Source: Azolla caroliniana
Taxonomy: Eukaryota; Plantae; Polypodiophyta
Direction: 5' to 3'
Length of the DNA stretch: 64,000 bases
Assembly (NCBI GenBank): GCA_043228905.1
Contig: JBHGNT010000011.1
Span: 13,268,001-13,332,000 of the forward strand
Shown here: positions 35,422 through 49,749 of the stretch, piece after piece
Layout: each line of letters starts with the position of its first letter
How positions within the stretch are numbered: position 1 is the stretch's first letter
Notes under the pieces: generated by a model
Told to the model about the DNA's origin: nothing
What the model saw: only the letters and a program-made list of their open reading frames with translations
Databases searched by the model: none
Position numbers and translations under genes: made by a program

Positions 35422-37457
35422 GTGTTTTGCCTTCAAGTTTTGGGAAGAAGCTCCATAGCTTGACTGTGCTGGATCTGTCAAACAACAGCTTCTCAGGACC
35501 TCTCTCTCCTCTCTCATCATCATCATCATCAACATCATCGTCTCAGCTACAGAAAATTCTCCTCTCTAACAATGGATTCAGTGGGCCCATTCCCCACCTG
35601 ATTGCTGCAAGAATTCTCAAGATAGACAGCAATCTTCTATCAGGTGACCTTTCCGAAAACTTCATCTCAACCCGATCAGATGGCGTGACCATGTTATCTG
35701 ACCTATCCGAGCTCGACCTTAGCTCCAACCGCCTCTCGGGGAACTTGTCCGAGCTTCTCACCCGCATCTCGATGCCAAGACTGACCATCCTTAACCTTTC
35801 CTCCAATCAAATCGCTGGGAGCATCCCCGAGAACATAGGAAATGCTCCTAACCTTACCTTCCTCGACCTTTCCAACAACCTTCTCAACGGTACCCTCCCC
35901 CTCTCCCTCACAGAGTTGAGCTATTTGTCATATTTAGATCTGTCGAGCAATGATATTGTTGGCGATGTCTCTCCGCCCCTTTCCGCTTCACAAATTGGAT
36001 CTTTACAGTACCTTAATCTTTCTAATAACAAGGGCATTACATGCAACCCTGCCCTTGTGAAGTTGTTTGGATCGGATTCATTCGAAGGAGTGATGGATTG
36101 CGAGCCGTCGGCTGTTGATTTATTATTAGCGGAATCCCGATCTAAACATAATAAAGTAAAGCGAAGGTTGGGTCTTTTGGTCGGTGCCATTGTCGCTGCC
36201 ACCATTGTAGGATTGACTCTAATGTTTCTTCTCCTAGCCTTGTTCCTTTGTTACTGCCGAAAGAGAGGTAAATCGGCGTTATCTACTTTACGCATCTCGG
36301 CGACCCATAAGGACGATAGCAAGCTATATGTCTCGGGCCCTTTCTCTTTCCAAAGCAATTCAGGGCCCTGGGTGGCGAATGTAAGGAATGCGAGCGCAGT
36401 GCCTGTGATCATGTTCGAGAAACCTCTTCTCAGCCTAACGTTTGCCGACCTCTTGCGGGCAACATCAAATTTCCACAAGGAAACTCAAGTGTCACAAGGC
36501 GGGCTTGGCCCGGTCTATCGTGCTCTGCTTCCCGGTGGTTTACACGTGTCTATCAAGGTCCTTATTGAGGGTCGAATCCTAACAAACCAAGCAGCGATGA
36601 CGGAATTCGATTCGTTATCAAAGATCAAACATCCAAATATTGTCTCGTTGTTAGGGTATTGCATTGTCGGCGAAGAGAGGCTTGTACTGTATGAGTTCAT
36701 GAAGAATGGTGGCTTGCATCGGTGGCTACTTGGGTCTCCCGAGAGATTACAAGATGAGTATCCTAACAATTCGGCCTTTTATGACGTGAGCCAGGATTTA
36801 GCAGCGACAGTGAGCTTGGAGCCATTGCCAGAGGTGGTTAACCTGACTTGGCCCGTACGGCATAAGGTGGCATTAGGGGTGGCCAGAGCTCTTTCGTTCT
36901 TGCACCATGGCCAATCGACGAAGATTGTCCACAGGGATGTAAAGGCTAGTAATGTGATGCTAGATGATGAGTTTGAGCCTCACTTGGCAAACACTGGGTT
37001 AGCAGGATTGTTAGCCGGAAGCAACGAGACTGTGTTTGCGGGGGGTAGCCCTGGTTATGTCCCACCGGAGTATGGACAACCCGGAGGGCAAGTGAGCACC
37101 ATGGGTGATGTGTTTAGCTATGGTGTGATATTGCTAGAGCTAGTGACGGGAAAGAAACCGGCTGGTGACACATACGAGGTCGAGGTAGATGATGCCTCCT
37201 CTGCCTCTGGGGGGGGATTCAGACATTCTCCCTCAGATCTAGTGAGCTGGGTGCGTGCCTTGATGCATGTAAAGAAAGATGGTTTGTACCATGTGCTCGA
37301 TCATCGTGCATGCGAGGATCAAATCTCGAGAGAGCATATGCTAGAAGTGCTCCGGATCGGATATCTTTGCACTGCCGAGGCTCCATCCAAACGTCCCACT
37401 ATCCAACAAGTTGTTGGGTTATTGAAGGATATGACACCCAACCTCTCCTCTCCTTGA
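35422..37457 (+). CDS. LRR receptor-like kinase exon 2 (LRRs, transmembrane helix, kinase domain); At2g24230/At5g58150/CaMRLK-like, ~865 aa in total
   Basis: Acceptor TTTTTGTATAG|GT joins SNNLSG-VLPSSFG in frame. TM LGLLVGAIVAATIVGLTLMFLLLALFL. The juxtamembrane SGPFSFQ...WVA...VPVIMFEKPLLSLTFADLL is characteristic of this clade. Kinase motifs HRDVKASN, GYVPPEY, GDVFSYG. Confidence 0.93.
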
Positions 37458-40400
37458 GGATTCTGTTGGGGGGTAATGTAGTGACTAGAAATTGGCCCTT
37501 TTTGCTAGTTGTGAAAGACAAGGGCTAAAAGCTTCCTTTCATGTGGCATGTACAAAATCTCCCAGACATGCTGATTGTTCATCAAGGTTCATGGCCAGAT
37601 ATAATTTGCAGCCCTAGATAGATACAATCAATAGCAAAATCACAATTCTGTATCTATTTGAACATATTTGACAAATATTCTTTTCTCTGGTACTGACACT
37701 GCTTGACACTTACAACCGTTCGAATTCCATACCCCTCCCCCTTGCCCCCAGGTTTAGAACTCAGCTAAATGAAGATTATTCTACCACATCCATCAGCATT
37801 TGTGATGACTCCCAATATCTTCTCGCATATGAGTTTGCGAGCTTCAGTTTTCAATGTACTAACAATTGATTGTTGGTCGATTGAAATTATGTAACAGCCC
37901 ATGGGTGTTAGTAGTCACATTCAACCCACAATATTATATAATGTTGACAGCACACTATGTAATTTATTAATCAACTATATATGGAGTATCATTTGATGGA
38001 ATATCTTGGAAGTAAAATCTCGTTACTGATGATCAAACTTTTTAGCTCTGAATATGGGATTGGCATTGTGTAAATCTCACAATCTTGGAATGCATGATGG
38101 TTGGTGAATTTATTGTAGTCTTTTTTCGGGGTTTTCATGGACAGAATTGGGTTTTAGCCCTTGGTTTGTGGAACCCTATTACTTGACAATATGAAGCTTT
38201 CTTTAGCTGAATAGACGAGCCTCTAATAGGTTTCCTTGTTATCAGCGATGCCGATAAATCAGCATTACTAATAGTCCTCAACATGATTACCGACAAGCTT
38301 AATTAATAGCTTGGTTACATTGAGTGGAAACAAGATGGGAATAGCGGGAATTCAGAACATGTTTTTATACATGAGGTGTGAATGTGCTATCACAATATAT
38401 AGTAGTATACTACAGTCTACCTTATTCTCTTCTTGTTGTTTTTGCACTGGAATGGACATTCACCATGAATAATATGACTATGCATTACATGTTGCTTAAT
38501 TCTATTGTGCAAGAAATGTATCAGAGTACATTCAACTTCTTCTGTTAAGTATAATCTTTGGTCTTGAAAAAACTCGGAGCATCATTACTAATGCCAAAAC
38601 TACTAGTGTATGTTGGAATGTTTTCATCATTCTAGAACAATGTCATCTAATGAACCAAAATGATGATAGCTCAAAATTGTGTTTCCATTGTTTTTTTATA
38701 CTATTGAGATTCACCAAAACAACCACTACTTCTAAAACACAAAACGTTCATGATTGTGGCATGTAGAGATAATAGACATTTTCCAACTATGTATTTATAC
38801 ACATGAGTTGTAATAAATACATAGTCGGTAGTTTCCTCACATAGTTTGTATTAGATTAGAAAACAAGTAAATTGAGCTGTCCCCCGTATAAGGTAGGCTA
38901 TCAACCATGTATTTATACACATAAATGGTAATGGGTACATCACCAATAGTTCCCTCAAGATTAGATTTTCACTCATTCACAAAAAAATGTACATTAATTT
39001 GACCTAATGTGTAGGTTGTATGTATTCGACCAATGTTTGCATGTTGTTTGTGCATATTAGAATCTCGAGGGACGATGAAATTTTTGGGATAGAATAGGAA
39101 AAAGTTCGCCCTTTAACCCTATTAAGTCCAAGACCTTTAACCCTACAAGTTTGTTGAATATTAAAACGCTTCCCTTCAAAATAATGTGAGGAACAAAGGA
39201 TGGAATAATGTGACTTTTAGTAGACGCTCAAAGGTTGTGATTGAGACTCAAAATGATCACAAGCTTGTACTCAATATCGAATAATTCACATGCATCTATA
39301 TTTATAATACAAGGATGATTGGTTTGGATCCACCTTATTTATTAGCTTAAACACACCAAACTTGATACAATCAAGGAGATAACTAAGATCCAACATAGTC
39401 AACACCCTTTTTAGATTTGAATCCTATTAGTACCAAGGAGATGATCAAGACCCAACATAGTGAACACCGTTTTTAGATTTGAATATGTAAGGTCTTTAAA
39501 CATGTCATAGCTTTTGAGTGTACACCGGTGATTTTGAGTAGATGATAACATGTATTATCACATTGAGAGGATAATGTTCAATTCACATGCTTCCTCACAT
39601 TGGGTTAAACTATGGGTCTCCTCCATATGTGTATATGTACATAATCCAAAAGCTTTGGTTTCAAAATCAAAAGTAGTATTTGTACAAGTCTTTAAGTTTG
39701 ATGATAACATCATACATACCATATCCATCATTTCTTATTATAAGAACAATAACATAATTCATGGTTAATCTATATTAATTTGACTATATACGATTTCCCA
39801 AAGTCTAGTTCTAACAACATTTTTCTTGCCCGAAGAAGCATTTTTCTTTACTCTAGATGCTCTTTGCATGTCATCTAACACATGTAACCTCTCTTATTTT
39901 ACAAGAAGACTGTCATAATTCTACTCGTATATATGTCAATTGAGTAACGACATCAAACTTTAAAGTATTGACTTGCAGTTTCTAGTAAAAAAATGTAAAC
40001 ACCACTTTAAGCACATCTTTATTAGATACATGTGCATGATCACAAGTTCTCCATGTAGTCCTTGTTTTGGCTGGGCAATAAGTTAATGTTGGCATATAAT
40101 AGAAAACATCATACATGTATATACTTTATTCTTAAATATGTAGTAGATTATTCTACATATTGGGAATAGGTTCATTGGGTGCCATAAATTTAAGAGCACA
40201 TGTAATCATTGTAGTGTATATTTTAAATCATAAACTTCTTTAAATCATGAATTCAAGAATGAGGGGAACCCATGAACTTTTTTGACGCAATTGAAATGTA
40301 TTGACTCTACAAATGGTTTGAATTTGCTAAATGGATTTTATCAATAGAGAAAACGAAGGAATGTTTAACTTGATCCAAAAGTAATGTAGGAAGCATATGT

Positions 40401-41197
40401 GCGAAAGTGCAATGGTCAAAGCATTACTTTGAACCATAAAACGACAAACGTTAAATGTCATCACAAATTTTTCCTTTGAATGCAATCAAATGTGATGGCA
40501 ATGTTTGCCAAAAAGTATTATAGGAAGGCATATGTGCGAAAGCACAATGTCAAAGTATAACCTTGAACCATAAGACAATAAAATTCAAATGCCGCAAAAA
40601 TTTTGTGCTTTACATGAAATGATGTCATGGTAAAGTTTCTAATCCTTATGATCATCATTTCAAGTCTTGAGTGATAGGCTTGATGCTATGTTCAATGACA
40701 AACCTTTGCAAATCTAGTTTGAAATCCTTGACATTTGAAATTTGCTCCTAATTTCTAAATAATGGCTTTACCACATTATCATTGCCATTTTTCCCGCAAT
40801 GCGAGGAGTGAGTTCGTTAGCATTGACCTTTAAAAGGGCAAGATTAAATGTTTTGCAACTTATTTGTTCTATGAATATATGCAAAATCCATTGTGCAACA
40901 TAGACGCATTCATCAAAATTGTTTGAAAGGAATAATTTCCTAACATTCCAATAAAGTCTTGTTTTTCACATAAAACACAAAACACTCTTGTATATGGAAG
41001 GGGTACAGATGGTTCACGTAAAACTTTTGCAATACTATGAAAACATGTTCTACAGGGATGGATGGGCATAATATGGTTGAAATTGTTTGAAAATAATTAT
41101 AAATTCTATTCATTCCAAAAAAGTCTTGTTTTTTTTGTACAATTTAAAACACTCTTGGATATGAAAGGGGGACATATGACTAGATTCATATCAACCT

Positions 41198-41688
41198 TGT
41201 AAATAGTTAACCGACACTCAGTGGTTATCCGGAGATTGAACAAAATAGTTTGTTAACATAGAACCTAGACTATAGAATAGAAAGAGAGAGAGACTGAGTG
41301 AGAGCAGACAACCAAAAACTCTATTACAGAAATGCTCAGTACATTACACAGTGCTTAAGTGTACTTTATATATACATGCCCATCTGTTAGGGTTGTTATG
41401 AAGTATTGACATGTAACTTAATGTTCTTAAAAGAACATCTAATACTAATTGCCTACATTGGACCTATTTAATAAAATAGGTCTACTCGGCACGTGTGACG
41501 TTTCAAACGGCTTCCTCAACCGCTCCATCATCATTCGACATCCGGTCGTCATCCAGATCCAATATCCGGTTTCTTTAGCCGATCTAGCATCCGGTTCGAA
41601 AACTGGGCCTAGCCAACCGGATCGATTCCGGTCTGATCTACCGGCTTGTCCAACTGATCTGGCCCATGTGGAGCTTGCTCACTCAACA
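41198..41688. mobile_element. Solo LTR
   Basis: TG...CA termini and TSD AACCT. Empty site in copy 2 at ~55605. Confidence 0.92.
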
Positions 41689-43442
41689 AACCTTTTACAA
41701 TAACACTAAAACATGTTCTATAAGGATGGATGGACACATTAGGGTGACTATGGACAACTTTAACTCCTTTGATACCCCAAAATGCACAAGCTCAAACATA
41801 TGAGTAACCTAAAAATACATTTGCATCTTTATAACAAGCAAACAAAATGTATTCAATAGTATAACCAAGTATGATTTTTAGTCTCATTCATATGTTTAGC
41901 TATAGGAATCATCATCTTCTTAATGCATATAGATTCCAGAAGTCAATGTCCATGTTTATGCATACGATAGAGCACGCCACTTGACGATCATTTCATGACA
42001 CATTGATACATCCAATTAGTATATCACAATGATTTAAGAACATTGATGGGGGATTGATGGGTGGTTGTAATTTGAGAATTGAAGTTTTAGATTATATAGT
42101 TATAGATCGTATGTACATTTTTTTATTGATACATAGAAATAAACCAACGATATATGGAATATTGAAGAATCACATGCAAGTAAAACACAAGAAAAGAGTA
42201 CAAAATAACTTGGAAAAGAATAAAGGTTTGATCTTCTTTTGATCGACAACAATGACTTGTGGTTTTTTCTGTAGTTTTGCTTTTTAATGCATGACAGAAA
42301 CATACAAATTGGAAACATGAAGTGATATTGTTATGCATTAAGTGCAATGCAGTCTCCTTGTTAAAAAGATTTCTTTAGACAAACTAGATATGTTTCCTAG
42401 ACGTAAGTTTTCAGTCACATTCGAAATCTCTCTTTCAAGTAGTAATGGAAAGCTTTACAACCGCACATTTAATTGTTTTTCATGTGAGGCGGTCAAGTTG
42501 TTCTGAATAAGAAATATCTTTACGTTAATCAATTTTGTGTTTTGCCTTTCGGCATGATTGTTTTCCTTGAGAAAATATTGGTACAAAGTGTCAAAATTTG
42601 ATGTTGCTCCAAGCGATTGAAATTTTTCGAAAGACTTTATGTCGCAATGAAGTTCGAAGCGTTCAATTTTAATCACCCGAGTTTCCATATGTCATACTAC
42701 ATAGAAAGATAAATATAATGTACATAAACCACAAAGCATTTAAGGTTCCACTCTAAACCACATCCTTTCATGAGATAGTGTCTTGGCATCATGATAAACC
42801 TATGCTTATTTCAAAGAAAAGCATTAGAATTTTTGAAGAAAAAAACCTAACACGCTTTGCTTACCAAAAAGCAGTGGTGTTTTAACATTTTGTGGGCATG
42901 CCACATGTTAACAAATATCCTTGTCTCATTATCTTCATTTGTTTCCATGTGGACACATACTTTTTAAGCAAGCATGGTCACCCATGTGGAAAATAATATA
43001 TCTTATTACGGGTTTGTATCTTCAATTCCAAGTGCACGAAACCTAAGTGGATAAAGGCGGAAGAATTCAGGAGTTTCAATATATTGATAAATTAGCAAAT
43101 TATTTTAGAAAACAATCTATTAATTTTAAAAGGAAAGCCTTTCCAAATAATTTTACATTAAACATTATACTTTTCTAAAGCTTTTCATTTAGCAATAATT
43201 CGGTAATAATATTCAGGGCACAATATATTATTCCCTTTGTACTTTTGCAATTTATAATCCGGAGGCCCACATGTCAGAAACAACAATTTATACATGAAGT
43301 GCTTTAATGGATGCTAGATTCTAAAACGATACAAAGTTCGACGCATGTGGGGTTTATTTTTGAACAATGTCATGCATATATCATATTATATATATAACTA
43401 AGTATGCTTATATCCATGTGTCATGTCCCCTCCAACTTATTA

Positions 43443-45487
43443 TTATTATTATTATTATTTCCAAAAAGAAACTCCTTCCATTAGTTATAAAATTTTACAA
43501 ATGAGACGATTATGTACAAATCCCTAAAGGGACGCGATAGTTCCATCTTATGTGGAAGCCCACTGACTCAAGAAAGGGAGAGGACGACCATTGTTGGATG
43601 AAGGCTATGCGTTGTCTTTCAACTCCCTCGGAGCCGCCTTTAAGGTGCTACAATTTCACTCTATATCTCTTGTAGTAACCTTGTTGGATGGGCGGTTTGG
43701 TTGGAGAAGACTCGCCTACATCGTTGTTTCCATAGAATCCAAAGGGTTATTGGGTTGACCAATTCCAACACCTCTTGAGATTTGTCATTAAGAGGAATAG
43801 AGTGGATATTGCCGCTGGAGGAGAAAAGGACCTCTTGTGCTTTTATCACCAAAGTCATCCCCTCCTCCTGGTGTTCGTATCGGCCAATTGCAGCCTACCA
43901 TGATAGCCAACATATATTTCCCCACTTGATAGAACCTTGCACTTGGCATAATTGCAACAAGCGGCCAACCCCCCGCCATATTCGATGGGACGTTGGGCAG
44001 TCCCACAGAGCGTGTCGTATTGATTCTACTGCATGTGGGCACTCTACACAATTAGGAGAGCTAAGGTTCCCACGTTGCCATGCTCCCACCGGTAGGGACT
44101 TATGTATTAACAGCCATTGGAAAGTGGTAATTCGCCTCACGTGTTGTTGCATCCAGATTTTCTGCCAAAACTTGGTGATTATTGCGGAGGGAACTTGAAA
44201 TGTGTGCCAGACCTTCGCAGTAGCCGGTTCTCAAGCGGCTTGAGAAGCTAGAATGTGGCGACCCAATCTAGTTGTGAATTGGAAGAAAGGGATGGGTTTG
44301 CTTCCTTGCCCCGCGTAGGGATCACGCCATGTCCATTGCAAAGGGTCCCAACTGACCTTACGTAGCCATGTGTTTTCATGAGTACATATATGCCAATCGG
44401 GTTGTACTTTGATTGGATCAGGATCTACAATCCATTTATGACCAGTGTACGCGAGTACTCTAATGGCGTTATTCTGTGTTGGTGTCTTAGTGTCTCGCAA
44501 TTCAGGGCCTTCGAGTCTATCTGGTGATCCCCTACCTCTCGGGATCAGAGAACTCTCCTCCTCGTGGCCTATCCATTTCTCCATTGTCGTCCTTTGAGTT
44601 GCAGATTCCCTAATCAATAGAGCGTTAATGATTTCCGATCTCATAGTCCATCCGCCCCTGATTCCATGGAGTATGTTGGCTTGATCTTGTAGTGGCATTG
44701 ACATAAACCGTTGCCAACATTCTATACTTTTTCCTGGACCTTCTGCCATGTATCCCCATGACAACCCCTTACGTGATCCCAGTAGTTGATTAGATTCATC
44801 CTTGAGACATGGGTTCCATAGGATACGTTGACTGAGCCAGGGAGGTTCGGACCTCGGTTGATCACACTTGAGCCCTTGACGAATGTCACACCATGCCTTC
44901 CACATTGATGCACTGAATCTATCCTCCAAATGGCGGGAGAAACTAGGTTTGAGATCCATGTTTAGAATCCATCTCGTTTGGGGGGCCCAATTGACCCCTT
45001 TGCGTGGCCTAAAGTAAGCGAAACGTAACCTCAGTAGCATTTTCCAACAATCATTTCCTGGTTGGAGTCCTCGCACCACAAATTTGGCAAGTAAGGCTTT
45101 CGATTGTGAAAGGGGATCAATAAAACCCAATCCCCCTCTCGACTTAGGTGTTGTGAGTATAGGCCACGCCACCTTGGCGCGAGCTACATGGTCTTCCTTA
45201 CCAAACCAAATGTAGTTGCAGACTAGATGTTGAATCTAATGTATACTTTCCTTGGAGATTGTCTAGCATGATAGACTGTACCATGCTGTTGCGAGGAGTA
45301 CCTGATTTGGCACTATGATGCGACCAGCTAGCGACAATTTTTTCGAGCTCCAATGTATCAACTTTTGTCGAATGGAAAGGCTAACGGGTGCAATCATAGT
45401 CTCCGGCGGTATGTTGAAACCAAATATTGGTTTCAACATACCGCCGGAGACTATGATTGCACCCGTTAGCCTTTCCATTCGACAAAG
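43443..45487 (-). mobile_element. 5'-truncated L1-type LINE (post-RT and zf-RVT region)
   Basis: LSLAGR, GGLGFID, WLLIHKSLP, C..C..ESIRHALWDC and LWILWKQR motifs. (AAT)n tail and TTATTA TSD. Empty site in copy 2 at ~59010. Confidence 0.9.
45364..45486. repeat. Perfect 60-bp-arm inverted repeat with a 3-nt loop at the L1 5' junction
   Basis: Arm 45364-45423, loop ATA, arm 45427-45486. Confidence 0.95.
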
Positions 45488-45869
45488 TTATTAGGCTACT
45501 ACATGGTGGTCAAAGTTTCCATTCCCTCCAACTTATTAGGCTAATACATGGTGGTCAAAGTTTTAATAAAACCTTATGGTCTAACATTTGCAATGTAATA
45601 TTTTAGTTTTAACATCTTACCACTTCATCCTTAGTTCCTTTGGGAATCTATCCTCAATTATCACATAATTCATAGCATCACCTGAAATTTCTGATAAATA
45701 TTTTATTCCCTTTCTTTTAAACCATTCCATAATGTCAATAAACTTGCGAGATGAGAGGATTTTTCTCTTGTTGGTGTTTTGTACTTGGCATTGTGTGTTC
45801 CAAACTTGTTTTGGCAATATGTGATCATGCATATTCTTGAACGTTGTGATATATTTGAATACTCTATGC

Positions 45870-46503
45870 CATAGATTGACACATGCGTGATATTCGTGAT
45901 ATTCTCCATTGGCAATATTCTCAATATTCGAGAATACAAAATGGCCCCAAGAATATTAAAAAACCATTCGTTTTGTAAAATAAATATAAAAAATTATTTA
46001 TTTATTTAAATAAATGTATTTCACCAAAAAAAACAATTATTCATTAATAGATTATAGTGTCAAGAGAGTTTATGAAACTTATTTTAATTAATTAATTTTT
46101 TAAAAACGAATATTTTTATATTTATTATACAAATATGATTAGTATGAACTTTGAAGATATGATTAGTTTGAAGTACTATTTTTAATGTCAAGATAAAAAT
46201 ATCCATAAATTTTGAGGAAATAAAAAGTGAGAAATTAATGAGCCTTTATTTGATTTATTAAAAATAAAACAACTATACATTTATTATAAAAATTTAGTAG
46301 TGTCAAGTCCCTAAAGTCACTCTTTTATTATCCCTATTTATTGTTAAGTTCTTTTTTTTTATCTTAGGAAATTTTAAAAACAAAAGTTTTTTTTGGGGGT
46401 GGGGGGGGGGGGGGGGTAAAACGAATACTTGACTACCCATTCGTATTCGTATTCATTTGCATTCGAATGGGAACCCCCACGAATGCGAATATGTCAATCT
46501 ATG
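45870..46503. mobile_element. Non-autonomous hAT element (same family as 15296-16687)
   Basis: TIRs CATAGATTGACA / TGTCAATCTATG, 8-bp TSD CTCTATGC, and shared subterminal sequence. Confidence 0.92.
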
Positions 46504-46570
46504 CTCTATGCATTGCGAGTATCTCTCTATGTGTCAATCACATGTTTCTAATAACATGATAGGATAAGAT

Positions 46571-47037
46571 TAACAACCGGCAACGGTTCAGTTTGAACCG
46601 AATCGAACTGCGAAACCGTGACTTAACATCTTAATGGTTTGGTTTGGTTTGGTTTAGGTTCAAGTTTTTTTTAACGGTTTGGTTTGGTTCGGGGGGTGAA
46701 TGGTTTAGTTTTAACGGTTTGATGGTTTTTAAATATATATTTTAAACAACCTTTTCATTTTTAAGCCTAATTCTCACATTTTTGGAAAAATCTTTAAATT
46801 TTGAAAAAATGAAAAATTTTAAAATTTAAATTTGAATTTTGATCTAAGTTGAAAACCAAAACCGAACTACGAAACCACAATTTTAACGGTTTAATGGTTT
46901 ACGATTGGATTTTTAACTAATGGTTTGGTTTAACAGTTTCGTGGTTCGGTTTAGGTTTCAAAATTTTTAAACAGTTTGGTTTCAAACTAGTTCGGTTTTG
47001 ACACTCTCGAACCGAACTGAACTGTTGCCAATTGTTA
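46571..47037. mobile_element. hAT-type MITE with AACCG/CGGTT subterminal repeats
   Basis: Imperfect TIRs TAACAACCGGCAACGGTTCAG / CTGAACTGTTGCCAATTGTTA and 8-bp TSD GATAAGAT. Confidence 0.9.
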
Positions 47038-49303
47038 GATAAGATGTTGACGATATAACTTCTAATTGTCTACATACGAACACTTTTAAGTTTTTCTCTG
47101 TTTCATTGCATTCATTAGGTGAGCTGGTGCTAACCCACATTTCCATAATTATAGCATTGAAGAACATCAATCTTATTCTCATCCTTGAGTATCACTTTGG
47201 TTGCATTGATTCTCAATAAGTATTTCACTCGCTTGAAGTCTAGACTCTAAATTAATAACATACATTCGACTCATTTGTTGATGGCACATTAATACCAAAA
47301 TATTTGAATATTTGCACCACTTATATTGGTTCTCCCTTATTGGTAAAAGTGGGAGTGTCTTGGTTTTGTTGCCTTTATTGTCTTTGTCTTTGTTTTGTTT
47401 ATGTTAATAGTTAACTATTGATTCGTCCAAATGTTTTCAATATGTACATCAAGTGAGCGTTGCAAATCATCAACAGTACATGAGAATAACACAACATCAA
47501 TGATATATATGACTCTATGAGTATAAAAATAAGCTCTTGCATGAGTTTAGGATTATCTAATAAATTTTCTTTTGTAGCCTCGTTTACTATTTCTTCTAAT
47601 TTATCAATGCATTGACAAAGAAGTGTGGGAGACAATGGACACCCTTTATTGACCCCCATATTCCTCAAGTACTTCAAGAAACCATCATTCATTTTTAGTT
47701 GGTATCTAACTTACTCATATAAAAATCCTACTATGGTTGTTCTACATTCTAATGGTGTTGTGAAGATATGCAAGTGCATGTTAAACATGGGTAGGGCCTC
47801 TGAGGACTTGAACTAGAGAGGGTGGATTGTGGACTCAATTGTTGTGTTGGAGACTTCACGCTACCCGTTGATATTTGGTTGAATGCTCAAATGATTTCTC
47901 TTAGTGGTTTTGACTAGGTAACAATGTATTCATAAGTAAATTTAATCTATAAGAAATAAAAAACACAACAATAGTAACCTTATTGGTAAATACAATGCTT
48001 TATGCGTTAAAGGTGCAAGGTTTGGATCCAACCTTACACAAATACATCAATGTGGTATGCTACGCCTACAAACTCATATTATTATTTTATTCCTTGTCCA
48101 GATAATTTAGGAGGAGAACATTGGATGAGGAAAATGTTGGAGGTGGAGAAGGTAGTTGGATGTGATGGTTCAAGGGGGAAGGAGAAAGCTCCAACTTCTT
48201 ACTCGGTGATCAGAATCGCATGTCGAAACAACTGGCACGAACCTTGTGACAAACTCTTCCCTTCCTTCAATGGTGCAAGTTTCGTGAAGGAATGATTCAA
48301 AGAATCATCTTTTCGCAAATCTTATTCCAAATTGTGTAATTTGCACTCTGAACTCGAAATCATTAAACCGAAATTTCTGACACAATCCTTGTTCAATAAC
48401 GAGTAGACTTAGATAATAAACTACATAATTGAATTTTATATAGGTATCAAAAAGAGAAATCCATCAAAGGATTAATCCGAATCATATACAATGAGACTAT
48501 CTTGACTCTGTTACACATTGGAGTGGCTTAGAAGGGGTAGATAGATAAAGAAGTTAGCGATGTCGGATTTGCAGTAAAGCTTTGGGAGGATATCCTCAAG
48601 TTTTGGTTTAGAGGACCAATGAGATGACATCATTGCCTCTTGTCATTGGTGGTTTCTAACGCCCTCTTCATTTCACTACTCTAAGCTTGTTTGAGATTTT
48701 GACAACACTTCTACCTTGTAAACAATGAATTCTCATCTCTCTTTTATAAGTTTTAAGAGGGGCCTTATCAAAATAGTAATTTTCCTTTTGTACACCTCGA
48801 GTCTTCTCTTTTATAGGTTTTAACTTTTAAGCGGGGCTTGATCAAAATAGTCTTTTTGTATCACTTGACCTCGAGACTCGATTGATGCAAAACTTCTACA
48901 TTCCTTTCCGTTCTTACTACATACCTTAACCATACATGTTATTGTTTATTATAGGTTGGGATTTCATGTCAAAGTTTATTGTTAGAAATATTATGTATAC
49001 ATTACTATACCTTTCATGTGTGCTTGACTCGCTACAAAGGAAAAGTCTATAATATTCTAGCTTTGGTTGTTAAAACATCATAACTAACCTTTCCTAAAAC
49101 AATAATACATACTCGTAATTCAAATAGTGTGAAAACATGTGAGCTCAATGCAAATCATTAACTAGTAGGCAAGAACTAGTTTTCCTAAGCAATAATATTT
49201 CTAGAGATATTCATTATTAAAAGTGATATTTTGTGAATCCAAAGTCCCCCCATATTGTTGTTTTATACATGAGATGTGAGTGTGCTTTCACAATATATAG
49301 TAT

Positions 49304-49749
49304 TGTAAAGAATCGGGTATGATTCTTGTGTAGCGGAAGAGATGTGTGTTATGTGTGTTGAGAGAAAAGAGATGATAGAAGAGAAAACACAAGATAGATT
49401 AGATAGAATGGAAAAATAAAATACTCAAGAAGAAGAAAATGTATATTCACAACAAAATGTAGCATTACAAGGAGTCACAACCAACTTAGTATGAAGTAGA
49501 GAAGGGTGCTTTATATAAGGTCACCCTCTCTCTTCATTAACTCACTACAACAACTACTCTCTCTTGGGGAATGTGAAAACTCATAGTCATGGGGAATATA
49601 GAACTCATTAGTTATGTGTAATAGAATATGAATCTATGACACATAGTTAATGTGTAGAGAGAAGTGGCGTGACTCTTGACCTTTGAGTGATCATAGATTC
49701 TCAAAGGGTATGTTCACACGTTGCACTATGTCGAGCTTGATTATCAACA
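49304..49749. mobile_element. Solo LTR
   Basis: TG...CA termini and TSD AGTAT. Empty site in copy 1 at ~38400. Confidence 0.9.

Larger units (their letters stand above)
38360..45705. repeat. Copy 1 of a large AT-rich duplicated unit
   Basis: Colinear similarity to 49259-61510, for example 38361~49260, 39400~53190, 40620~54600, 42700~58280 and 45630~61430. Confidence 0.85.
45705..47780 (-). mobile_element. Highly decayed RTEX-like LINE remnant hosting two hAT MITEs
   Basis: GVNKGCPLSPTL...CIDKLEE and QVQNTNKRKILSS...DIMEWF resemble ORF 11191-13080. Confidence 0.7.

Noticed and set aside
47780-49250. LTR-like sequence (also 52410-53180)
   Set aside because: No convincing termini or TSD could be located by eye.
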